A DNA stretch of 64,000 bases from Octopus vulgaris (taxonomy: Eukaryota): NCBI GenBank assembly GCA_951406725.2, contig OX597839.1, forward strand, positions 24,118,001 through 24,182,000, read 5' to 3'. Below the pieces are notes generated by a model, which worked only from the letters and a program-made list of their open reading frames with translations, searched no databases and had not been told where the DNA came from. The position numbers and the translations under genes were made by a program. Positions 48,205 through 62,542 of the stretch are shown in pieces (within the stretch, counting starts at the first letter, position 1; each line of letters starts with the position of its first letter).

Positions 48205-49254
48205 AAAAGACAGGGTAGGCACAGCTGGAATGTCTGATTAGAGATGTACTCAACCATTACTGATAGAAGGTTATATAGCAGCAACAGCAGAGAAACCCAG
48301 AAAAGGGTAAGCCACCCTCCACCCTGGACTTAACCAAAGACTTCAGCTGAACCAGCACCACCCACACCCACCAGCACCATCACCATCACCAGCCACCCGC
48401 GTCACCCTTCAACGCAGCGACAGTGTTTTACTTTCATGGTGTAAAATATGCTTTAATTCAAAGAGCTGTACGGCAATTTCCAGTGAAAACAGAGTAAATA
48501 CCATAAAAGGAAATGTTGAAAAGCCAACACCACAACAAAGAGAGAGAGAGAGAGGGAGAGGGAAAATAAAATGGAGGCATTTAAAGAGAGAGTAATCTAG
48601 AAAATTCATCAGTTTATGGAGTGAAACATGCAATATGGTGAAATTATATTTCATAAGATCTGAAATATTGTGGTGTATACAATAAATATGGAAGAGACAC
48701 AGAAAGAGAGAGAGACAGAGACAGAGAGATAAATAGATAGATATGAGAGAGAGAGAGAGAGAGGTGGAGGGAAGCCAGAGAGGATGGGTGGGAGGGAGAA
48801 GTTTTATGGAGTTTGCTGAAAGTTAAATGTTCACTGCTCTTTTATCACGGCATGTGTTCCCCTTTATGTCAGAGATATCAAGATAATAATTTAACACTTG
48901 CCAGGTTTGTTCAGGCATAATTGCACCGACAGTTGCAAAGAACGCCAGTTATCCTGACACTGCAGGTGCTACACACATATACGCACACACACACACACAC
49001 ACACACATACATACATACATACATACATATATACATGCACACATGCAAGCACAAGCATGCACGCAGGCAGGCAGGCAAGCACACACAGAGTGATGTTGGA
49101 AGGGCTATAATTCACTGCTGCCCTCAATATAGCTCCGCATCAAGTCTAGCAGAGTTGACAGTGTCAGTGGGGGCATGTCAGAAAGGTTATGTAATAACAG
49201 AGAGAAATCTTACATCCAGGTAATCTTAAATCTCCCTTTCATGTAACGTACATC

Positions 49255-49257
<3 letters not shown>

Positions 49258-49335
<78 letters not shown>

Positions 49336-49339
49336 TGTG

Positions 49340-49378
<39 letters not shown>

Positions 49379-49379
49379 G

Positions 49380-49410
<31 letters not shown>

Positions 49411-49610
49411 GTTTGTGTGTGTGGGTGTGTGTGTATATATATATATATGTATGTGTGTATATATGTATATATATATTTATACACACACATACATATCTAC
49501 ATACACATATACACACACACACACATATATATACATATGTAGATATATAGAAATACATATACATACAGACATGTATATGCATGTACACACGCACACACAC
49601 ACACACACAC
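49258..49610. repeat. Mixed (TA)n/(TG)n/(CA)n microsatellite field
   Basis: Directly visible. Confidence 0.95.
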
Positions 49611-50727
49611 AGTGGGGTTGGCATGAAAGATGACAGGCAGAGGACTAGCATTATGGCAGCAGAACAGCGGCAGCCAAAGGAAAGGAAAGAATTGAAATAA
49701 AATAAAACGGTATTTGTGTCAATTAAGGAAAATTAAATTAATATTCCTTTGCAAGTTAATGGCCCGTTTTAGCACACAACTATTGATTTATTCATCAGTC
49801 GTTCCTGGAGATAGGATATATTTTTACACCCAGCTCATAAAATTATGCAAGATTGCCACTTGCTTCAAGAACTTATAAATTTATAATGCTTTTAAATATT
49901 GTAATTTTGAACTGATTGTGGTTGTTTTTTTTTTTCTTCTTCTTTTCCTGTTCCTTAGTGCCTTATAGGCGCGACACTACTGAATGTGGAGAACAGGAGC
50001 CAGAGGAAAGGAGGGGTAGGCTTTTTTTTTTTTTTAAAGCTAAAAAACTCATCCATCAAATGAGACAAGACTGGGAGAAAAAACGAAAACACAAAAAAAA
50101 CCCCAAGTTGGACACAAAAACTGTTCATTATAATTTGAAAGTTCTTTAAAGTGTGACCAGGTCGTAGGTGTATCTGGGATAACAGTCACTAAAAAGGAAC
50201 AAAGGAGTGACTTTAATAGAGTGTGTGTTTACTAAATCACAGAGATGACCCCTGCCAAAATACCAGAGAATTCGCTTTGGTACACGACTTTTAGATTAAA
50301 ACCCTTTGCTAGGATATGGACATAAAACTGAAAAATCAAAAGCTTTGGTCGGATCAGTAATGGACTTAAAAACTGAAAATAAATATCAACTTCCTTATTT
50401 GCTGCTGTCGGAAAACCAACATTTGACAACTTCATAGAAAAAGCTTTGAACCTTGTTTAAAATTTAATTGCATACTTATATAATTCAACTGCTTTTGGAC
50501 ACACGTACTAATGTGCTCAAGTATAAAGTCAGACACATATTTAGTGACATAAACCATTTTATAGTCTTTAGTTATAAAACCTGTTCTATAGAGATGAAGG
50601 GAACATTATTTCACAATTTAAAATATTTCAAAGTATACAACCGAAATCACCACAGTCAAAATATTATATGACTAAGGAAAAATTGAAATACACAACAGCC
50701 TAGCAATGAATACAGCTAACTATTTGA

Positions 50728-51413
50728 GTCTTTAGCATTTAAACCAGTCATATCCAGCCCAAATATTCTATCCAGTTTATGTTGAAACCAGCCAGATCCA
50801 GCCTCTCACACCTACCCAATATTGTTATTCTAAAAATAAACAATCCCATCATTGAAATCTCAAAGTTACGAGATAATGTAGGATTAACTGAAAACAATTA
50901 CAATGTGAATAGATAAGGATTACGTTCGACAGAATAAATCTGAATGCTAAAGGATTAATGTTAATGGTATATAGCTGGTAGAAACGTTAGCATGATGGGC
51001 GAAGTGCTTAACGGTATTTCGTCTGGTGCAACGTTGTGAGTTCAAATTCCGCTGAGGTCGACTTTGCCTTTCATCCTTTCGGGGTCGATAAATTAAGTAC
51101 CAGTTACGCACTGGGGTCGATGTAATCGACTTAATACCTATGTCTGTCCTTGTTTGTCCCCTCTATGTTTAGCCCCTTGTGGGTAATAAAGAAATAGGTA
51201 TATACCTTCCTAATATATACATATATCAAATATTTTGACTTGTTTTATGTACAGAGTGGCCATGGCTGACCTCTCACACTTACTCTACAATGTCAGTCTA
51301 AAATAATCACATCATCAAAACTGGAAAGCTATGAGATAATCCATGATTAACTCAAAACAATGTGAATAAATAAGCATTACATTTGTCAGAGTAATCTGAA
51401 TGCTTAACAGTTA
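50728..51413. mobile_element. MITE-F copy, 5'-truncated SINE-B (50974-51196, plus strand, TSD GGTATATA) and a second MITE-F
   Basis: Match to families F and B. Confidence 0.8.
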
Positions 51414-51960
51414 ATGAACCCTCTTGAACTTCAAATGGAGATAATCCCCACCAATGTCCCAGGGGTTTCAGACTTCTTAGACAGAAGGTACAATGTGACA
51501 CCTCTTCCACAGCCAGTTTAAAGGGCTGGGAAGAAGTGATGCTTAGTTGCATACACAAAGGGCAGCCAATGTGGGAAAACCAAGAATAGGTGCAGAAAAG
51601 CCTTGTGCGTTAGGACTGCTGGGTCTATCTGACTTTAGGACTGCCAAATCTATTTGGCCATTTCTGTGTGAAGGCCCGAGGCCCAGTAGTGAGGGGGAGC
51701 TCAGCTAATGAACCTGTGTGATTCTTGTCCTTGAGCAAGGCACTTAGTTTCACATTGCTCCAGCCAACTCAGCTAAGCCTAAGTACTGAAACAACCCTTT
51801 GTTCCTCCGGCTGTCAGAGGCCGGATGTTCGACCAGGCCAAGAGTTGGAAGGACTGAATGGTTGATTTTAGAAAGACTGTAAATGTACAATTTGAAATAT
51901 TAAAGAAAGGGAGAATAATGATTGGGGTGGAACAGTCAAACAAACTAAAACATCGATTAA

Positions 51961-52180
51961 CCCTTTCATTACCAACCCGGCTGAAACCAGCTCTGGCTCT
52001 GAGTACAAATGTCTTGTTTTCATAAGTTTTTAATTAAAATCTTCCACCAAACCTTAGTCACAATTTATGCTCCTAACACTAGCTTAATGATAACTAAGTT
52101 ATTTTACTAAATACTTTGTTATATTTAAAGTAATTGAAAGAAACACAAAGCATCTCAAAATAAATACAGTAACGAAAGGG
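51961..52180. mobile_element. piggyBac-type MITE family G, complete, opposite orientation to the 23859 copy
   Basis: TTAA-CCCTTTCATTAC...GTAACGAAAGGG-TTAA. Confidence 0.9.
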
Positions 52181-52289
52181 TTAATGGCCACCAAAACAGA
52201 GTGAGATTTAAGATTTTGTAGAGGGGAAACATTCTGCAAGAGAAGGAAGCTTAGATTTCAAAGAAATAGATTTACTTTAGATAAGAAGC

Positions 52290-52460
52290 AGTAGAGTGAA
52301 CCCTTGACTATCGTGGGTGTTACATTCCCAAAACCCCATCACGACAAGTGAAAATCCGCAAAGTAGAAACAGTACTGCATATTTTTTTTTATTATTTCTA
52401 TAATTTGTACATATTTATTTTATTACAAAAGCAAAAGACCACAAAGGAATCAATGTAAGC
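52290..52460 (+). mobile_element. Possible pogo/Tigger-like MITE left end
   Basis: AGTGAACCCTTGACTATCGTGGGTGTTACATTCC...GTGAAAATCCGCAAAGTAG resembles recalled Tigger-like ends. The partner TIR was not seen. Confidence 0.35.
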
Positions 52461-52634
52461 TTAAATAATAAATTGCAATACGGTGATGGATTACTGTACA
52501 ATAATTAATAATTTTTTTTTTGGTGCTTGTGAGTGTGTGGAGGGGAGGCAGGGTCAGTATTTAACCCCCAGCCCCTTCCGGACCACCTCTGGTTGCTGCT
52601 TTACATTATTTTAATTAAAATCATTCTCTGATTG

Positions 52635-53140
52635 AACTACAGGTACAAAGCTAAAACTTTTGGGGGGAGGAAGGGGGGACAGTCCCATTGACCCCCAGTG
52701 CTTGACTGGGACTCATTTTATTAAAACCCTGAAAGGATGAAAGGCACAGTTGACATTGACAGAATTTGAACTCAGAACAAGGCCGGAAGAAATGCTGCTA
52801 ACGATTCTGCCAACTTGCTGCCTCATGACCGATTTCAAATTAGTTAGGAGGACGGGGCCAGTCAATTACAGTGACCCCACTGCTCAACTGATACTTATTT
52901 TACTGACCCCGAAAGGATGAAAGGTAAAGATGACCCTAGTGGAATTTGAACTCAGAACATAAAGACAGACATAAATACCTATTTCTTTACTACCCACAAG
53001 GGGCTAAACACAGAGAGGACAAACAAGGACAAACGGGTTACATCGAGCCCAGTGTGTAACTGGTACTTAATTTATCGACCCCGACAGACATAAATGCCTT
53101 TATACGTTTTATCTGATATGCTAATGATTCTGCCAGCTAA
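52635..53140 (-). mobile_element. Cluster of three SINE-B pieces
   Basis: Repeated core, with an AAATACC|TATTTCTTTACTACCC junction at ~52980. Confidence 0.78.
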
Positions 53141-54032
53141 TGACCTCATAATTAAGAACCATTTTTTGGTAAGTCGAAACATCAGCTTAACAGAAGGTTT
53201 TTCTTTCTTTTTCTTTTTCAAAATCCCTCCAAATTCTTGATTAGTTTCAAAATTAATTAACACACATCAAGACTAAATTTCCATAGCAAGAAATCTTGTT
53301 ACAAGACTGGAGAAAGACTATCCTTCTAAACGGAATGCTCAAAACCATGATTTGCAGACAATGCCAAACTAAGGAGGTTTGCACAAATTTAAGTGACTGA
53401 TTCCTCATAACTGAACAACCTCAGGAATTTATTTACATATGAAACAAAACATTCCAATAAAACCAAAAAAATGCAATATAGTTCAACATTGAAACAATAA
53501 TGGCTCGTTTTAGGAAGTGAAGCTAACAAACCAACAATTAATAGCTTAGAATAGAAGACCCGTCTTTTAATATGTTTGCACCATGAGTTTGGAGACGTAA
53601 CATGGTAATTTCAAAGAAATATCTATCTGTACTTCAGAGAAATATTGTCTCTCTTTCAAAGAAAGAATTTCAACAAATGAGATTTCAATAAAACAGAACG
53701 AAGAAAATAATAAGAGACAAAATTAAAGCTATACCACTTCACGGCCATTAAAAATAAATCTAAACACAGTATTTACATATGACGTTGCTCCACCAAAATG
53801 TTTTCATAAACCAAAATCTTTAAAGTAATCCGTTAGATCAAAACTGAATTAATTCCTCTCGTGGTATGACAAAAAAAATATAAGAAGAAGAAAAAAAACC
53901 TACACACACATGAAGAACATTACATCTAAGTGTGTGTGTGTATACATACGACTGTATTTCTATGTGTGTGTATGTATGTATATATATATATATATATTGC
54001 TCTCTGCGTCATATATACATGTGTATACATAC

Positions 54033-54081
<49 letters not shown>

Positions 54082-54165
54082 CACACATGTACATATGAGG
54101 CAGAGAGCAATTGAGAGTAAGGAGAAAGCAAGCAAGAGAAAGAGAGAATGGAAGACAGAGCAACC

Positions 54166-54213
<48 letters not shown>

Positions 54214-54574
54214 TAGATAGGGAAAGAGGGAGAGAGAGAGAGGGAGATAAATAGATAGATTGATAGATAATGGGTAACAATTTGTACAATATGAATAAAT
54301 ATCAAAGTAAAAATGTAGTGAAAGAACCGAAATAGATAAAACGCTAAAGGGAGCAAATAAATCTTTGTAGTATATTCTGAATCATTCAGCTCAATCAATA
54401 AACTATTGGAGACCAAAGCCGAGTCTCAAAGACTATCAAAGACATGGCAATCTTCGATTTACAACATAGAAATAAAATGCCAGTAGGAAATAGAAAACAT
54501 TAAGATATTTTATAAGGCTACACACGAACACAACTGTATACGTGAGAGTGTGTGTGTGTATGTATGGTTGGTTA

Positions 54575-54765
54575 TGTATGTATGTATGTGAGGGTATGTG
54601 TATGCGAAAGTGTATGTATGTATGTGAGGGTATGTGTATGCGAAAGTGTATGTATGTATGTGAGGGTATGTGTATGCGAAAGTGTATGTATGTATGTGAG
54701 GGTATGTGTATGCGAAAGTGTATGTATGTATGTGAGGGTATGTGTATGCAAAAGTGTATGTATGT
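54575..54765. repeat. 36-bp minisatellite, about 5 copies (TGTATGTATGTATGTGAGGGTATGTGTATGCGAAAG)
   Basis: Near-identical units; appears as the [12 protein letters not shown] repeat in the ORF track. Confidence 0.93.
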
Positions 54766-54781
54766 CTGTGTCTATGTGTTG

Positions 54782-54819
<38 letters not shown>

Positions 54820-55209
54820 AGACATTTACTCAGGAGGTTGTTACACAAATAAATACACATTTTCATTCGACAGAACGCTTTGCAACGCCATGTTTGAGAG
54901 AAGTTCTTCCAAAATGGAGATGAAATAATAATATTTAAAGTTACCACAGAGAGAGAGAGAGAGAGAGACGGGGGGAGGGGGGGAGCAAGCAACAACTTGG
55001 GGGTTTTGAGTCAGCAAAAGATCTACGATAGAGTTACTACCACTATAAAATGGCGCTGGCTCTGATTAACACGACCATCACCACTGACATTGTAACGATG
55101 GAGTATTTATTACAGAATGGGTGTCTCAGGGAAAATAAAACTGAACACAAGTTAAAGACAGAATGGTTGATTTTATATGTATGTGTGTGTGTATATATAT
55201 ATGTGTGTG

Positions 55210-55303
<94 letters not shown>

Positions 55304-55308
55304 TGTGC

Positions 55309-55352
<44 letters not shown>

Positions 55353-55353
<1 letters not shown>

Positions 55354-55728
55354 CAGGAGTGGCTGTGTGGTAAGTAGCTTGCTTACCAATTACATGGTTC
55401 CAGGTTCAGTCCCACTGCGTAGCACCTTGGGCAAGTGTCTTCTACTATAGCCTTGGGTTGACCAAAGCCTTGTCAGTGGATTTGGTAGACGGAAACTGAA
55501 AGAAGCCCGTCGTATATATGTATATGTATATATATGTGTGTTTGTGTTTGTCCCCCCCAACATCACTTGCCAACTGATGCTGGTGTGCTTACGTCCCTGT
55601 AACGTAGAGGTTCGGCAAAAAAGACCGATAGAATAAGTACTAGTCCTGGGGTCGAATCGCTTGACTAAAGGCGGTGCTCCAGCATGGCCGCAATCAAATG
55701 ACTGAAATAAGTAAAAGATTAAAAGAGT
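55353..55728 (+). mobile_element. SINE family A
   Basis: Matches family A. Confidence 0.9.
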
Positions 55729-56919
55729 ATATATGTATGCATGTATGTGTGTGTGTGTGTATTGGCATAAAGTGATGTTGTAGTGGTTAGAGTGTTGCAC
55801 TTATAGTCTGCTGGGTTCAACTGTGTTGAGTCAAAGGTTTCACAATGTTGCACAGTCTGAGACCCCTTTCTACTAGTTCTTGGATCTCGTGCAACATTGT
55901 AAAACCTTTGACTCAACACTGTAGAACGGAGCATGGATCTAATGCCACACATAGAATATAGTCCAGACCTAGCTCCCTCGGATTATTTTTTGTTCCCTTC
56001 CATGGCTTACTTCCTGTGTTCATGCTGTTTTATCAATCAAGAGGAGGTGGAAGATACAAGAACTGGTTAGGGTTAGGGGATCCAAGAAGTGGCAGAAAGG
56101 GGTCTTCAGACGATGCAACATGATGGCCTCTACTTTGAATTCTGGACTGTTTTTGGTGTAACTTGACAAATAAAGCAAATAACTTAGGAAAATATTGCAA
56201 AACTTTTGATTCAACACAATAACTAACTAACTTTAGGCACAGACAATGAAGTGATGTAGCAAGCAACCGAGTGAGATTTATCAAGAACAAACAAAATGTA
56301 GAATTGAAAGGAAGGGGTGATGTACGGATTTGACCAAAACGCATGAAATGTAGTTAAATATTTTAATTATTACCTCCAGCAAGATATCTTCTTAAAAACG
56401 GTGGGGGGGGGGGATCAACTATGTCAGAATTTGCTGGTGGAGTTCACAGAGAGAGGTTGAAAGGTGGGTGGTGTCCAGTAATGAAAATATTAGCTAATTT
56501 CCTACAGGCTGTCAGGTAATTATTAAGTAAACAACCAGTTTACTAAGCAAGGTTGGCTATCTCTATTAAGAAATTCACACAAGAGGTACTCACGGGGTTG
56601 ATGTATCTGTAGATGATAAGATTCTAATGCACCACCGTTCAGCTTCTACAAATTGCATTTGAGGGTTTGGGAGTGGAATAAATTCTTCATAAATCTAGCA
56701 GCCTTGTCTACAGCTGTAAACTAGTCAGGTTTTTCAGATAGGAAAGGAGTGTAATTCCTACTTTGATTTCAGAAATAACATGTTGTAAATCTTAGAGATA
56801 AACCAGCAAAGGTGTGTAGACGGAGGAAGAACAAGATAAACTTTACAGGTAAACTGTTAACTCTTTTCATATTAACACACCTGAGACCCACCCTTGTTCT
56901 ATGATACACCTTTCCTGTT

Positions 56920-57700
56920 TTAACCCTTTAGTGTTCAGATTACCCTGTCAAATGTAATGCTTATTTATTCATATTGCTTTCAATTAATCTTGGATTATCT
57001 CATAGCTTCAAAGCTTTCAATGATGGGATTATTTATTTTTAGAATGACATTGTAGGATAGGTGCGAGAGGCCAGATCTAGCCAGCATAAAGCAGACAGGA
57101 TATTTAATATATGTATATATTATAGGTGAAGGAGTGGCTGTGTGGTAAAGAGCTTGCTTACCAACCACATTGGTTCTGGGTTCAGATCCACTGCATGGCA
57201 CCTTGGGCAAGTGGTTTCTACTATATATAGCCTCGGGCCAACCAAAGCCTTGGAAGTGGATCTGGTTGATGAAAACTGAAAGAAGCCCATCGTATATGCA
57301 TGTGTGTGTGTCTGTGTTTGTCTCCTCCACCATCGCTTGACAACCGATGCTGGTGTGTTTATGTGCCCGTAACTTAGCAGTTCAGCGAAAAAGACCGAAT
57401 AGGTACTAGGCTTAGAAAGAATAAGTCCTAGAGTTGATTTGTTTCACTAAAAGTGGTGCTCTAGTATGGCCACAGTCAAATGACTAAAAGAATAATTACT
57501 GATATAACATTATATATGTTTAGCATTCAGATTACTCTGTCAGAAGTAAAACTCATTTATTCACATCGTTTTGAATTAATTATGTATTATTTCATAACTT
57601 TGAGATTTCAACAATATTGTTTACTTTTAGAAACACATTGTAGGATAGGTGTGAGATGCCAGATCTGGCCAGTTTGAAATTAAAGCAGGTAGAATATTTG
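56920..57700 (+). mobile_element. MITE-F, SINE-A (57123-57490), MITE-F
   Basis: Match to families F and A. Another F copy lies at ~58075-58290. Confidence 0.78.
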
Positions 57701-57707
57701 ACATATA

Positions 57708-58046
57708 CAGCTGTGTAAAGGAATGCCAAGCTCTAACTGTGGAGGGGTGGACCCAGAAAGATGTGGGACGAAGTGGTGAGAAAGGATCTTCGGACGCTAG
57801 GCCTCACTGAGGAAAGGATGGGGGACCAGATGTTGCCATTTGCTGTACTTGAGAAGAGATGTCAAGCTAAGTGAAACTGCTGTCTTCCACACGTACGTAT
57901 AGGCTTGTCCTTTGCAGGTGCCCGTGCCGCATAAAAAGCACCTGTGCCAGCGGCAAGTAAAAAGGCCCCCCAACACACTCTGTTAAGTGGTTGGCATGAG
58001 GAAGGGCATCCCACCGTAGAAGCCATGTCACGACAGATGATGATGA
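57708..58046 (+). mobile_element. Decayed RTE-LINE 3' end
   Basis: SCVKECQALTVE.../PRKMWDEVVRKDLRTLGLTEE followed by the 3' UTR and GAT tail. Confidence 0.75.
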
Positions 58047-59153
58047 GATCAACAATGTGTATAGCATTAATATTAAGCCTTCAGCATTCAGATTACTCAG
58101 TTAAAGCTTGTTTATCCAAATAGTTTTGAATTAATCATGAATCATCTTGTAGCTTCGAAGCTTTCAATGATGCGACTGCTTAATTTTAGAATGACATTGT
58201 AAGGTAGGTGTGAGAGGCCGGATATGGCCAGTGTGAACATAAAACAGAATATTTGGACTGGATATGGCTGAATACTGAATACTTAAGGGTCAAGGGGCTC
58301 TAAATTAAAAGAATCCGTTAAATACACTTGTAAGCTTCCAAAATGACAAAAATTTCTTTTACTCAATTCTTTGCCGTTTTCAAAATTCATAGCAACAAAG
58401 GCAATATGACAACAAAACTGAGAGGTTTCCTCTAAATTCACCGAAAGCCACAGAGAGAAGCGTAAATAGTCAACTTGGAGACAGAAGTAAATGTGACCTT
58501 TTAAGAATGATGATAAAAAAAAAAAAAGGAAAAACGTTGTGACAGTTGGCTGTAAATGAGGGCAGACTACAATGAGTGTGTGTGTGTGTGTGACCTGACG
58601 TTGCTATATGGAGTGCAAAAAAGTCAGACAAACTATTCATGAAGGATCAGAGGCCGTGTCTAAGTATAATTGAAGAGAATCTGTGTGAATGGAGGATGGC
58701 GGAGGCGATTGTTTACAACTGCGACGACCACCACATCCTTTCAAGAGAATCACAAAGTAATTGGAGGAAATAAGCCGTAACTTAGCAAAGAGATGCTCTG
58801 ATATTTTAACATTTCGGTTGAAAGCCTAAACATTAAGTCGATCCAAAAACAAAAAAAACACGTACATTGAAATTGGTGAGATTTCTGAGTTTATAGGTTA
58901 ACAAGGGAGATGAAGAGCGGAGGATGTTACTAGAAAGATGTCAAATTGAAGGAAATTTCAGCGACAACTAACGAGGCGGGCAGGTAAATACAGCAAAAAC
59001 AGTCCAAACTCTATCGGCGTTGTTGCTTAACATCACCATCACATCTTTTACGCTTCCACACATTGCAACGTATTACGATTGACAACATGGTATTTTGGAT
59101 CACTTTAACATGAAAACGTAGTGCCCACCCTGCACAGAAAAGGATATTGCTAG

Positions 59154-59610
59154 CAGGGGTGTGGAATCGGGGTCGAAGTCATACAGTCAGAAACAACTAA
59201 GGGGTAGCTGGAGTCTAAGTCGGTAAAACTATACTGACTCCGACTCACAATACCTCTATTCTTTAATATAAACCAGTTGTAATATATAGGCCGACTCAGA
59301 GTGCAAGTGTATGTATGTGCCGTATTTCGTCTGCCATTACGTTCTGAGTTCAAATTCCGCCGAGGTCGACTTTGCCTTTCATCCTTTCGGGGTCGATAAA
59401 TTAAGTACCAGTTACGCACTGGAGTCGATGTAATCGACTTAATACCTATGTCTGTCCTTGTTTGTCCCCTCTGTGTTTAGCCCCTTGTGGGTAGTAAATA
59501 AATATTTATGAGATATGTAGACCACAATCACTTGAAGACATGTAGAGGAGTCAGGTGGTACCAAAAGCAGAGGAGTCAGAGTCGTTTTTTGTTTTGACTT
59601 CATGGCCCTG
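59154..59610. mobile_element. hAT-like MITE with GGAGTC/GACTCC subterminal repeats, containing a SINE-B (59320-59502)
   Basis: Termini CAGGGGTGTGGAATC / GACTTCATGGCCCTG. The 8-bp flanks ATTGCTAG and GTTACTAG match at 6 of 8 positions. Confidence 0.65.
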
Positions 59611-60423
59611 GTTACTAGTCACCATTGCAACAACAGTACCAATTAAACCGACATCAGGGGGAGCTGTATGTCAAAATGGACAAAACTATCGCTAAGACAT
59701 GCATCATTTGAGCTACCTTGGAAACACTGCAACACATGTGGCTAGGGTAATACAATGTGTGCCTTAAATAGGGGCCACTCACATGTAACTCAATACAAAC
59801 CAGTTGATAACGTTACCATGGTAGCATGATGCACTATGACAGAAACACAACATATGCCACCAATATAACATATGTGCCATCACAGTAACACATGCTGCTA
59901 CAGTGGCGCACCACATGGCACCATAGTGACACACCATGTGCCAGCAAAGTAACATGGAAAGTACCATGATACAGTTTCCATTCTACATAGTGGTTAATAT
60001 AATTTTATAATTAGCTAATGAAGCAAACGGTTGATTAAATCAACTCCAGATTTTGTATTTTCTCAACAATAGTGTTGTTCTCTGTCCAATTACTGGTTAA
60101 CAGCACAAAGTTAGACAAGGGAGTGTCTCTAACTTGATGCAGAACAAATATCACAAGAGTACCAGTTATTCCTGATCAACACAAGTGTGTATGTATATGT
60201 GTGTATATACGTGTGTATAAAAAGTTACCGTTAACAAAAGTCAGGATGTAAGACATTCAGTTACCCAACAAATGAAAAATGCATTGAATAGACACAGAAG
60301 GACCCTAATTCTTTATCAGTTATTGACCAAAATGTTAGTAATTTGGTTGATAACTGAATTAGGGTCCTACTGTGTCTGTCTTATGCATGTGTTTTTTTTT
60401 TTTGCTATTCAATGTGTTTTTCA

Positions 60424-60476
<53 letters not shown>

Positions 60477-60479
<3 letters not shown>

Positions 60480-60675
60480 CTCTTTTACTTGTTTCAGTCA
60501 TTTGACTGCGGCCATGCTGGAGCACCGCCTTTAGTCAAGCAAATCGACCCCAGGACTTATTCTTTGTAAGCCCAGTACTTATTCTATTGGTCTCTTTTGC
60601 CGAACCGCTAAGTGATGGCGACGTGAACACACCAGCGTCAGTTGTCAAGGAATGCTAGGGGGACAAACACACACA

Positions 60676-60727
<52 letters not shown>

Positions 60728-60897
60728 TATATATATATGATGGGCTTCTTTCAGTTTCCGTCTACCAAATCCACTCACAAGGCTTTGGTTGGCCCGAGGC
60801 TATAGTAGAAGACACTTGCCCAACATGCCACGCAGTGGGACTGAACCCGGAACCATGTGGTTGGTAAGCAAGCTACTTACCACACAGCCACTCCTGC
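60477..60897 (-). mobile_element. SINE family A, full length
   Basis: Matches family A. Confidence 0.92.
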
Positions 60898-61417
60898 ACT
60901 TATATAGACATATATATACATACATATATATATATGTATATATGTGCGCGCGCGCACACATTTTACATTACATAATATATATATTTACAAAACTAAAATT
61001 GAGGAATGGACATGTTTTGGTAAATCAATTTGCTGGTGTGAGAGGAGAAGGAACAAAACAAAGAGTACAAAATTTCAGACTGAGGTTGTTCAACAACAGT
61101 GAGGGAGAGGAGGAGGAGGAGGAGGGAAGGGAAGTTCCACGGAAAGCATGAAATCCATATGGTGAATGAAGGAAGGCAGGAAAGTGGGAGGGGGGGGCTT
61201 TATAGTCAAGGGAGATAATATGTCAGTCTTTATATGTGTACAAGTGACATGTATGGGGGTGAGAGACACGTAGGGATGTGTGCGTGTGTGTGCGACAGAT
61301 GTGAGTGTGTGTGTGAGCGAGAGAGAGCTGTGTGTGTGTGTGAAACGAGTACGTGAAATGTGTGAAGTGTATGGGTGTGCATGGGAGAGAATATGAGATA
61401 GAAAAAAAGAGAGGAAG

Positions 61418-61451
<34 letters not shown>

Positions 61452-61607
61452 ACTCATGTGCGTGAGAGGGAGACAGAGAATATGCTTACATGGGGTAATG
61501 TGTGTACAGATATATCAGTGAATGACTGAGGGGAAATTGTGTGTGTGTGTGTGTGTGTGTGCATACAGCAGTGTAGGTACTGTGAACAAGGCATTGTGCA
61601 TGCGTGC

Positions 61608-61638
<31 letters not shown>

Positions 61639-61823
61639 AGCCGAGCAGGTTAGGTGGGGAAGAAGTGTTACTAAATGAAAACAAGGCAATGATTAATCCC
61701 AGCTGGGAGGAACAGATTAGCTGATACCCGGGGAGCAAAGAGGAGGCAGTTGATCCACAGTGGAAAGGGACACTCCAGATGGGGACAGTCAGTTACAAAC
61801 TGGAGTGATCCGGGGCTGTTCAT

Positions 61824-62228
61824 ACTCTTTACTCTCTTTTACTCTTTTACTTGTTTCAGTCATTTGACTGCGGCCATGCTGGAGCACCACCTTCAATCGA
61901 GTAAATCGATCCCGGGACTTATTCTTTGTAAGCCGAGTACTTATTCTATCGGTCTCTTTTGCCGAACCACTAAGTGACGGGGACATAAACTCACCAGCAT
62001 CAGTTGTCAAGCGATGTTGTGGGGACAAACAGGCACACAAACACACACACACAATATATATACATATATACGATGGGCTTCTTTCAGTTTCCGTCTACCA
62101 AATCCACTCACAAGGCTTTGGTAGGCCCGATGCTATAGTAGAAGACACTCGCCCAAGGTGCCATGCAGTGGGACTGAACCCGGAACCATGTGGTTGGTAA
62201 GCAAGCTACTTACCACACAGCCACTCAT
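61824..62228 (-). mobile_element. SINE family A, full length
   Basis: Matches family A. Confidence 0.92.
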
Positions 62229-62501
62229 GCAGCACATTTCAAACATAATTGTTGAAATCATCTGTCTGGCTCTGACTGGTTTCCCCAGTAATTGACAATA
62301 CACAATATGTTCTTGGTGGTACAGGTAAAATGGCTGGTGACATGGAAGTGTAAGGTGGTAGGATGGCAGGAGGGAAGATATTTAGTGGTAAGGTAAATTG
62401 AGGGCTGAGATGTAGGCTATAGCAGCAGCAGAAGTGGGGGGGAGGCATCAACAACTGGTTGAGAGGTACCTATATATATATATGTGTCTGTGTGTGTATG
62501 C

Positions 62502-62542
<41 letters not shown>

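Noticed and set aside
53715-53760. Minus-strand LMAVKWY peptide resembling the missing BAH exon
   Set aside because: It continues SFNFVS rather than YR.SEVP, and I saw no supporting splice sites, so it is probably a chance match.
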